A DNA stretch of 59,859 nt, filler included. It is 4 parts of 4 records of this genome, joined end to end, with 100 filler letters (N's around TTAATTAATTAA, not from the genome) between each part and the next. Parts side by side here need not be neighbours in the genome. Positions count along the whole stretch, not along the records: positions 1 to 16,713 come from SRR31156797_759; positions 16,814 to 27,793 come from SRR31156797_765; 2 more parts are not named here. One strand, written 5' to 3'. Below are positions 12,422 through 19,823 of this stretch, one piece after another; the stretch's first letter is position 1; each line of letters begins with the position of its first letter. The position numbers and the translations under genes are program-made. Below the pieces are notes generated by a model, which saw nothing but the letters and a program-made list of their open reading frames with translations, was not told where the DNA came from and did not search any database.

Positions 12422-12442
12422 GGGCCGTCCTTGCGACGGCCC
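12422..12442 (+). terminator. Hairpin between the binding-protein and permease genes (attenuator or mRNA stabiliser)
   Basis: GGGCCGTC-cttgc-GACGGCCC with a weak U-tract. Confidence 0.5.
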
Positions 12443-12564
12443 CGTTCCTGTTGCATGCTGGCGGACAGCGGTCAGGAAGCGGGTTGAAAACAATCACCGG
12501 CTGATACGCCATTTCGAGGGAGTCCAAAAAAATAGATTATCTGGTTTTTGCCGGAAAACGGCTG

Positions 12565-13521
12565 GTGCAGGCGACATTGGTCATGTTCGTCATCAGCATC
12601 ATCGGCTTTTCAATTCAGGACAACCTGGGCGACCCGCTACGTGAGTTGCTGGGTCAATCGGTTTCGGAAGCCGAACGCCAGGCACTGCGCGACAGGATGG
12701 GCCTGAACGACCCGTTCTTCGTTCAATACGGCCGCTTTATTTCGAAGGCGGTACAGGGTGATCTGGGTACGTCGTACTTCTTCAAGCGGCCGGCCCTTGA
12801 CGTCATTGTCGACAAGTTTGCCGCCACCCTCGATCTGGTCATCGGCGCTACCCTGATCATCGTCCTGATATCGGTTCCGACGGGCGTTTACTGCGCGATC
12901 AAACCTTATGCCTGGCCGGCCCGGATTGTCATGGGGGCCAGTATCGTCGGCATCTCGATCCCGGTCTTTCTGACCGCCATTTTTTCCATCTACATTTTTT
13001 CCGTTCAGTTGGGCTGGATGCCGTCGTTCGGTCGCGGCGAGGATCTGGTCGAGATATTCCCCGGCTGGAAAACCGGATTCCTGAGCCGCGACGGACTGGT
13101 TCATCTGGTCCTGCCCAGCATAGCCCTTTCGTCGATCATGCTGCCGCTTTTCATCCGGCTGATTAGGTCCGAGATGCGCGAGGTTCTGGAAAGCGAATAT
13201 ATTCGCTTCGCCTGGGCCAAGGGCCTGGCGCCCCGCCGCGTCTGGTTCCTGCACGGACTCAAGAACACCATGCTGCCGGTGGTCACGGTCGGCGGCGTTC
13301 AGGTCGGCACCATGTTGGCCTATACCATCCTGACCGAAACCGTTTTCCAGTGGCCGGGCATGGGCTTTTTGTTCCTGGAGGCCGTCAACCGTGTCGATAC
13401 GCCACTGATCATTTCCTACATCATCGTCGTCGGGCTGATTTTCGTCGTCACCAACACCGTCGTCGACATCATCTACACCTGGGTCAATCCGACCGTGAAG
13501 ATTGCGGACAAAACACGATGA
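12565..13521 (+). CDS. ABC permease (DppB/OppB-like)
   Basis: GDLGTSY, EYIRFAWAKGL, ETVFQWPGMG. Confidence 0.93.
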   Translation: MQATLVMFVISIIGFSIQDNLGDPLRELLGQSVSEAERQALRDRMGLNDPFFVQYGRFISKAVQGDLGTSYFFKRPALDVIVDKFAATLDLVIGATLIIVLISVPTGVYCAIKPYAWPARIVMGASIVGISIPVFLTAIFSIYIFSVQLGWMPSFGRGEDLVEIFPGWKTGFLSRDGLVHLVLPSIALSSIMLPLFIRLIRSEMREVLESEYIRFAWAKGLAPRRVWFLHGLKNTMLPVVTVGGVQVGTMLAYTILTETVFQWPGMGFLFLEAVNRVDTPLIISYIIVVGLIFVVTNTVVDIIYTWVNPTVKIADKTR

Positions 13522-14438
13522 CCGCGCTGGCCCGATTCGCCGATTCAGATTTCGTCTACCGTTTCAAACGGGACAAGGTGGCGATCGTCAGCTTCGTATT
13601 CCTGCTGTTTTTTGTTCTGGCGTCTTTCCTGGCGCCGTTGATCGCGCCGCACGATCCTTACGATCAGACCTCCATCGACATCATGGATTCGGAAATCCCG
13701 CCGGTCTGGCAGGACGGCGGAGAGATGCGATTCCTTTTGGGCACGGACGCCCAGGGCCGCGACATGCTGTCGACCATCCTTTACGGCACCCGGACCAGCA
13801 TCCTTATCGGCGTCTTTGCCGTGATGCTGCAGATGGTACTGGGCATCACCATCGGCCTGGTATCGGGTTATGTCGGCGGGCGCATCGAAAGTTTTTTCAT
13901 GCGGCTGGCGGATATCCAGTTGTCCCTTTCGACCCTGATGCTGGCCATCATCGCGTTGGCCATTTTCCAGGCCGCCTTCAGCGGCGAGACTTACGAGAGA
14001 CTGGCCATCGTTATGCTGGTCCTGGTCATCGGGTTCGCCGAATGGCCGCAATACGCGCGCACCATCCGCGCCTCGGTCCTGGCCGAAAAGAAGAAGGAAT
14101 ATGTCGACGCCGCCCGGGTCATCGGCCTGGGCACGCCAACCATCATGTTCCGCCATATCCTGCCGAACACCCTGTCGCCGCTACTGGTCATTTCCACCGT
14201 TCAGGTCGCCAACGCGATCATTTCGGAAGCGGCGCTTTCCTTCCTCGGTCTCGGCATGCCGGTGACGAAGCCGTCGCTTGGTTCGCTGATCAATTCCGGC
14301 TTCGAGTTCATTTTCAGCGGATCCTGGTGGATAACGGTGATCCCGTCGTTGGTTCTGATCGCCCTGATCCTGTGCTTCAACCTGTTGGGGGATTGGCTGC
14401 GCGATGCCCTCAACCCAAAGATCTACAAGGAGGGCTAG
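13518..14438 (+). CDS. ABC permease (DppC/OppC-like)
   Basis: LGTDAQGRD, EYVDAARVIG, RHILPN; ATGA overlap with the previous stop codon. Confidence 0.93.
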   Translation: MTALARFADSDFVYRFKRDKVAIVSFVFLLFFVLASFLAPLIAPHDPYDQTSIDIMDSEIPPVWQDGGEMRFLLGTDAQGRDMLSTILYGTRTSILIGVFAVMLQMVLGITIGLVSGYVGGRIESFFMRLADIQLSLSTLMLAIIALAIFQAAFSGETYERLAIVMLVLVIGFAEWPQYARTIRASVLAEKKKEYVDAARVIGLGTPTIMFRHILPNTLSPLLVISTVQVANAIISEAALSFLGLGMPVTKPSLGSLINSGFEFIFSGSWWITVIPSLVLIALILCFNLLGDWLRDALNPKIYKEG

Positions 14439-14441
14439 GCG

Positions 14442-15419
14442 ATGGCCCTGCTCGAGATCAAAAACCTGGGTGTCGAATTTCCGATGCGTCGCCAGACCCT
14501 GACGGCGCTGGAAGACGTCAGCTTCGAATTGAACGAGGGTGAGCGCCTTGGCATCGTCGGCGAAAGTGGTGCCGGAAAATCCGTCGCCGCTTTTGCCATC
14601 ATCAACCTTTTATCCAAACCGGGACGGATCAGTGGCGGTGAGATCCTGTTCGAAGGCGAAAACCTGGCGCATTTGAGCGCCGATGCCGTGCGCGCCATTC
14701 GCGGCGATCGGATCAGCATGATCTTTCAGGATCCGATGATGACCCTGAACCCGGTTCTGACCATCGAAACCCAGATGATCGAAGTGCTGAAGGCGCATCG
14801 CAAAATCTCCGACGAGGACGCCCGCAAGATCGCCGTCGAACGCCTGCGCGAGGTCGCCATCCCGTCGCCGGAAGACCGCTTGAAAAGCTATCCGCACGAA
14901 CTTTCCGGCGGACAGCGCCAGCGCGTCGTCATCGCCACGGCACTGCTCACCGACCCGTCCATCATCATCGCCGATGAACCGACGACCGCATTGGACGTCA
15001 CCATCCAGGCCGGAATCATGGCATTGATGCTGGACTTGTGCAAAAGCCACAATACCGGCCTGATCCTGATCACCCATGACCTGGCGGTGGTTTCACAGGT
15101 GACCGAACGGGTCATCGTCATGTATGCCGGACGCATCGTCGAGCAGGGACCGACGGCGGATATCGTCACCAACCCCCGGCATCCCTACACCCAGGGTCTG
15201 CTGAAGGCTTTGCCGCAGGAAGGCACCGCCGGACACCGGCTCAATCAGATTCCGGGCTCCATGCCGACATTGGACGCCATCCCCGACGGCTGCGCCTTCA
15301 ATCCACGCTGTCCGCACGCCGTCGAGCGTTGCCGGACCGAAAAACCCGACATGATCGCGGTCAGCCGGCAGATGTGCCGGTGCCACAAGGCGCTTGAATT
15401 GGCGGAGGCAACCCAATGA
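14442..15419 (+). CDS. ABC ATPase (DppD/OppD-like)
   Basis: GESGAGKS, LSGGQRQR, DEPTTALD, HPYT, C-terminal Cys motif. Confidence 0.95.
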   Translation: MALLEIKNLGVEFPMRRQTLTALEDVSFELNEGERLGIVGESGAGKSVAAFAIINLLSKPGRISGGEILFEGENLAHLSADAVRAIRGDRISMIFQDPMMTLNPVLTIETQMIEVLKAHRKISDEDARKIAVERLREVAIPSPEDRLKSYPHELSGGQRQRVVIATALLTDPSIIIADEPTTALDVTIQAGIMALMLDLCKSHNTGLILITHDLAVVSQVTERVIVMYAGRIVEQGPTADIVTNPRHPYTQGLLKALPQEGTAGHRLNQIPGSMPTLDAIPDGCAFNPRCPHAVERCRTEKPDMIAVSRQMCRCHKALELAEATQ

Positions 15420-16414
15420 TCGCCCCCAACCGCGACAACGCCCCGCTGATCGAAACCCGCGGCGTCGAGAAGGAATTCGATCTCGGCGGCTATTTCTGGC
15501 AGAAGGAAAAGCCGGTCGTCCACGCCCTGAACGGCGTGTCGGTTGAAATTGGGCGCGGCGAGACCTTCTGTCTGGTCGGCGAAAGCGGCTGCGGAAAATC
15601 GACCCTTGCCCGCTGCATCATGGGCCTGATCGACGTCACCGATGGGCAAATTCGTTATCAAGACGATCGCATCGACAACCTCTCCAACAAGGATCTGCAG
15701 CCGTACCGGCGGCGCATGCAAATGATTTTCCAGAACCCCTATGCGTCGCTGAATCCGCGCATGACGGTTCAGAAAACGCTGGAAGAACCGCTTCGTTTTC
15801 ACTTCCCGGACATGAAGAACGGCGAAGTCCGCGACAAGGTCGAGCATGTCATGACCTCGGTCGGCAACGATCCGTCCTGGGGCAGCCGCTATCCGCACGA
15901 ATTCTCCGGCGGCCAGCGTCAGCGCATCTCGATCGCCCGGGCCCTGATGGTCGACCCCGAATTCATCGTCGCCGATGAACCGATCTCCGCGCTCGACGTT
16001 TCGATCCAGGCGCAGGTCCTCAATGTCATGATGGACGCCCGCGACGCCCATGACCTGACCTATCTGTTCATCACCCACGATCTGTCGGTGGTCCAGCATT
16101 TCGGTACACGGGTTGGAGTCATGTATCTGGGCGTCCTGTGCGAATTGGCCGAAACGGCCACCCTGTTCGAAAGTCCGCGCCATCCCTATACCCAGGTTCT
16201 GCTTGGCGCCATTCCCAAGATCAGCACCGAAGAATTCAAGCACACGCCGATGATGGGCGAAGTGCCGACGGCGATCCATCTTCCCACGGGATGCGTTTTC
16301 CATCCGCGATGCCCGCACGCCAACGAACGCTGCAAGGCCGAGGTACCACTGCCGACGACCTTGGACGACGGCACGGTGGTGGCCTGCCACGCCGTCGAAG
16401 AAGACCGAATCTAA
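15416..16414 (+). CDS. ABC ATPase (DppF/OppF-like)
   Basis: GESGCGKST, FSGGQRQR, DEPISALD, HPYT. Confidence 0.95.
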   Translation: MIAPNRDNAPLIETRGVEKEFDLGGYFWQKEKPVVHALNGVSVEIGRGETFCLVGESGCGKSTLARCIMGLIDVTDGQIRYQDDRIDNLSNKDLQPYRRRMQMIFQNPYASLNPRMTVQKTLEEPLRFHFPDMKNGEVRDKVEHVMTSVGNDPSWGSRYPHEFSGGQRQRISIARALMVDPEFIVADEPISALDVSIQAQVLNVMMDARDAHDLTYLFITHDLSVVQHFGTRVGVMYLGVLCELAETATLFESPRHPYTQVLLGAIPKISTEEFKHTPMMGEVPTAIHLPTGCVFHPRCPHANERCKAEVPLPTTLDDGTVVACHAVEEDRI

Positions 16415-16480
16415 TCCGGCATCTGCTAATGCCAGCCTGCAAATGCTATCTTGCCTCTGCCTATATAGCGGAGCACCGAT

Positions 16481-16713
16481 GTGCTTGAGGTGACGAACCT
16501 GCACCACGCCCATCTGGGCCCTCTCGACCTTCGCCTCGAAGCCGGCGAATGCGTTTCCATTTCGGGCCCGTCCGGTGCCGGCAAATCCCTTCTCTTGCGG
16601 GCCATCGCCGATCTCGATCCAGCGCAAGGCGAGGTTTCGCTCAACGGCGAGGACAGAAATTCGCTACCCGCCCCGCAATGGCGCCGTCGGGTCGGATACC
16701 TGGCGGCGGAACC
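16481..16713 (+). CDS. ABC ATP-binding protein (FetA/YbbL-like), truncated by contig end
   Basis: GPSGAGKS...LRAIADLD...WRRRVGY. Confidence 0.8.
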
Positions 16714-16813
16714 NNNNNNNNNNNNNNNNNNNNNNNNNNNNNNNNNNNNNNNNNNNNTTAATTAATTAANNNNNNNNNNNNNNNNNNNNNNNNNNNNNNN
16801 NNNNNNNNNNNNN
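16714..16813. other. Artificial contig-joining spacer
   Basis: N-run, TTAATTAATTAA (stops in all six frames), N-run; 100 bp. Confidence 0.98.
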
Positions 16814-16818
16814 AATAA

Positions 16819-16843
16819 CCCGGCAGCGTTCTACTCTCCCACA
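16819..16843 (-). pseudogene. Short 5S rRNA 3'-end-like fragment
   Basis: Minus strand TGTGGGAGAGTAGAACGCTGCCGGG matches the conserved 5S 3' end; similarity stops after ~25 nt. Confidence 0.6.
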
Positions 16844-16872
16844 GATCTCCTCAAACAAACCATTTAATCGAA

Positions 16873-16946
16873 CCTGCGCCCACGAAAGATAGAAACCAAA
16901 CTGTCTCACGACGCCAGAATATAAAAATCGGGCCTCCCAGCTCACG
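16873..16946 (-). pseudogene. Degenerate 23S rRNA domain V fragment
   Basis: Minus strand CGTGAGCTGGG...(22 nt unrelated)...CGTCGTGAGACAGTTTGGTTTCTATCTTTCGTGGGCGCAGG, matching the conserved 23S region near E. coli 2570-2630. Confidence 0.7.
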
Positions 16947-17047
16947 CAGCACGCTATGTGCGACCATTCAACAGGACTTTAAATAATCATAGATTTTTGA
17001 TTCAAAATCTACTATGTCTTTTTAGGAACGACAAGGCGGAGCTATTT

Positions 17048-18331
17048 CTAAAAATCAAGAGGGCTTTTTGCCTCCTTGACCGTCCTTGACTTAATTGTAT
17101 GGGTATACATCATGGTGGTTCTAAGATCACTGTGACCAAGAAGCTCCTGAATGGTCCTGATATCAAAATTGGCCTGGAGCAAATGGCTGGCAAAGCTGTG
17201 ACGGAAGGTATGGGCAGTTGCCCGTTTGGTCAACCGAGCCCTGTTCACGGCAGACTTTATGGCCCGCTGAACATGGCGGTCATGCAGATGGGCTCTCCGG
17301 TATTCTCCCGGATCAGGAACCCAGGTCAACTCTTTTGCCGGAAAGAACCAGTGCCAGTGAAATTCCCGGCCCGCATTTTTATACTTTTTCTCAATAGAAT
17401 CAAACATAAACACACCACAAGTCCCCTCTTCAAGGTCTTGCTGGTGAACTTTTCTAACGCTATCAAACTGCCGGTTAATCTCCGGTATGATCGTTAAAGG
17501 CAGAGGAACAGTCCGATCTTTCTTCCCTTTGCCGTCATGAATGGTTAAAACCCCCATATCCAAATTAAAATTATTAATCCTTATGTTCATACATTCAGCA
17601 AGCCGTAATCCACAGCCGTACAAAAGCTTTACCACCAGGCTGTATGGATACCTTAGTTTGCTAATGATCAGATCTATTTCAGAGCGTGACAACACCACAG
17701 GAATATAAGGCTTTCTTTTTGCCCTTACCACACCCTCTATTCTGCCGAATTCCTTTCCCAGGATATGTCTGAAGAAGAATAAAAGCGCATTAAAGGCCTG
17801 ATTCTGAGAAGAGGCTGACACCTTTTGCTCAACTGCAAGATGGGTTAAAAATGCTTTCACATCTTCAGCATCCAGTACTTCAGGCGGTCTGTGTTTCAGA
17901 TATTTCTGAAATTTATATACCCAGTTTCTGTATGCCTTATGTGTTTTGGGAGAATAATGCCGGACTTTGATTTCATTACCCAGCTTTTCATATGCCTCAT
18001 TCCAGGCGCTATGAAAGCTTTCATTGTCGGATACATAAGGGGTTGTCTTTTCCCCAACTGAAGTAGATCCAGGGTGATGCTCCAGCCATTGCGGCCTGAT
18101 ACCATAAAGATCAAAATACAAAAGAACACTTTGATATGCCTGTTTCTGAAAAGGCTCAGGCTGATTTTTTTCTCTAAGTTTATTTATGAACTCCGGAAGA
18201 CTGTCCGGATTCTGAGATCCTTTGTTATATTTACCACAAAAATCAAGATAGTACCTCAGCCATTTGCGATAATACCCATGAAGATCCGAAGAAACACCCT
18301 TTGCGTTTAAGTGTTCGCCAAATCGCTTCAA
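17048..18331 (-). CDS. intI: Integron integrase (long form with N-terminal extension); native 5' end probably lost
   Basis: Tyrosine recombinase residues [34 protein letters not shown]; integron-specific insert [18 protein letters not shown]...RRAH; N-terminal SAM-like region (HYSPKT...[14 protein letters not shown]). Confidence 0.95.
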   Translation of the reverse strand: MKRFGEHLNAKGVSSDLHGYYRKWLRYYLDFCGKYNKGSQNPDSLPEFINKLREKNQPEPFQKQAYQSVLLYFDLYGIRPQWLEHHPGSTSVGEKTTPYVSDNESFHSAWNEAYEKLGNEIKVRHYSPKTHKAYRNWVYKFQKYLKHRPPEVLDAEDVKAFLTHLAVEQKVSASSQNQAFNALLFFFRHILGKEFGRIEGVVRAKRKPYIPVVLSRSEIDLIISKLRYPYSLVVKLLYGCGLRLAECMNIRINNFNLDMGVLTIHDGKGKKDRTVPLPLTIIPEINRQFDSVRKVHQQDLEEGTCGVFMFDSIEKKYKNAGREFHWHWFFPAKELTWVPDPGEYRRAHLHDRHVQRAIKSAVNRARLTKRATAHTFRHSFASHLLQANFDIRTIQELLGHSDLRTTMMYTHTIKSRTVKEAKSPLDF

Positions 18332-18350
18332 TAATTCTTGTGGTATTATA

Positions 18351-18530
18351 GCAAAGAAGGGCTCAAATCCATTTGCCTATATTGAATTTGGCAATACTGG
18401 AAAGAAATTATCTAGCATAGTTAAATGCTATAATCCAGGTGGCTCAAACAGCAAAGAGCGTTATGCATGGATAGCAAAATATTTAGAAGATGCCGTTGAA
18501 GAGGCCATACAAATTAGAAATAACTATTAA
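18351..18530 (+). pseudogene. 5'-truncated ThsB/MTH538 (DUF1863)-like TIR gene remnant
   Basis: Not in the ORF track. Frame reads [59 protein letters not shown], the typical C-terminus (G.NPF...KLS..VK.Y.P....Y.WI...L...VEEA) of DUF1863 TIR-like proteins. No start codon. Confidence 0.75.
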
Positions 18531-18539
18531 AGGTTCAGA

Positions 18540-18977
18540 ATGGAAAAAAATAAAGAATTCGAAGAAAACTCACAAGCCGTTCAAGCCCATCTGAATATTT
18601 TACAATCTGTTATTCAAAGAATGGCGGGAAATAGTGCCTCATCAAAAGCCTGGTGTATAACGTTGGTATCTGCAATATTGGTAATTGTTGCTGATAAAGG
18701 TAAGGCTGAATATGCGTTTATATCCGTTATACCTATCTTGTTATTCCTATTTTTAGATGGCTACTATTTGGCTCTGGAAAAAGGATTTCGAAAATCATAT
18801 GATAAATTCATTTCAAAACTACATAAAAAAACAATTAACTCAAATGATTTGTTCGCAGTTACGCCTTCAGGAAAGATGTTCGAACTTTTTTGGAAAGCCG
18901 TAAAGTCTCCTGCAGTTTGGCCATTTTATATCACTCTATTAATTATGGTTTATATTGCAAAAGAAGTCGTTCTATAA
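18540..18977 (+). CDS. Small 3-TM membrane protein, likely effector partner of the upstream TIR
   Basis: HLNILQSVIQRMAGNS..KAWCITLVSA and LDGYYLALEKGFR..Y motifs, three hydrophobic helices. From recollection, this family often neighbours DUF1863 TIR genes. Confidence 0.75.
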   Translation: MEKNKEFEENSQAVQAHLNILQSVIQRMAGNSASSKAWCITLVSAILVIVADKGKAEYAFISVIPILLFLFLDGYYLALEKGFRKSYDKFISKLHKKTINSNDLFAVTPSGKMFELFWKAVKSPAVWPFYITLLIMVYIAKEVVL

Positions 18978-19060
18978 CAGTCAATCAACTTTTTTGAAAA
19001 TCGTTTTACAATCAATAAGGCTGCTATCAATCTTATCTACACAGTCTATCAGCGTTATTG
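18972..19060 (+). repeat. Possible degenerate attC
   Basis: R''-like CTATAAC overlaps the stop codon and R'-like GTTATTG lies at 19054-19060, but the L boxes pair poorly. Confidence 0.3.
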
Positions 19061-19200
19061 ATATCAATACCTGTCTGTAATCCATACGAAACTATTTGAG
19101 GATAATCTCTCAGGGGTTCTATCTGTTCCAAAAACTCCCTTAAGTAACAAAAAAGCAAAATGCCATAAAAAGTTAAATTAATTAGCGGTTCGATGAGGTG

Positions 19201-19806
19201 ATGATGAAATTTAATAAAGTTAATGTGGGACGTGATAGCTATTTTATAGACAAAAAGGAATCCTCCAACCACGAAAGACATATTCCTGAGAATGAGAAAA
19301 CGATAGGTAATAAAGAGTTCAACGCATTTATAAGCTTCCCAACTGAGAGTGAGGAGTTTGCTGAATTCATTAAACAATTTATTGTGATGGTGTTTCCCGA
19401 TTTACATCCTGTTTTTATAAGCTCATCGCCAGATTGTATACCAATGGGATCGGATTGGTTGAACAATATTGAAGTAGCATTGAAAAGTACAAAAATACAT
19501 TTCGTTCTAGCATCAAAAAAATCCATGAGTCGTCCTTGGATCAATTTCGAGATCGGTACTACTTGGTTCAGAAAAATTCCTATTGTCTTTTTATGCTATG
19601 GTGATTTAGCTCCTACGTCCCTCCCGCATCCTTATATCACAAAACAGGCAATCGCTTTAACACGGAATGAACCTGAAAAAGGCTTAAGAACTTTGATAGA
19701 TCACCTTTCCCGCACATTAGGTTATAAACATGCCCAAGAAACAGATCTGAAATATTGTTCTCAAAAACTAAAACAACATCTCAATCATGAACACTCCATA
19801 CAATAA
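19201..19806 (+). CDS. Stand-alone TIR-domain protein (TIR_2-like)
   Basis: AFISF, VFISS..CIPMGSDWLNNIEVAL, SKKSMSRPWINFEIG with the catalytic Glu retained; GAGGTG RBS. Confidence 0.88.
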   Translation: MMKFNKVNVGRDSYFIDKKESSNHERHIPENEKTIGNKEFNAFISFPTESEEFAEFIKQFIVMVFPDLHPVFISSSPDCIPMGSDWLNNIEVALKSTKIHFVLASKKSMSRPWINFEIGTTWFRKIPIVFLCYGDLAPTSLPHPYITKQAIALTRNEPEKGLRTLIDHLSRTLGYKHAQETDLKYCSQKLKQHLNHEHSIQ

Positions 19807-19823
19807 AATAAAGGAACTCTGAG

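Noticed and set aside
19033-19377. Minus-strand ORFs within the cassette region (also 19239-19544 and 19785-20141)
   Set aside because: They overlap the TIR and 953-aa genes in antisense and show no coding features.
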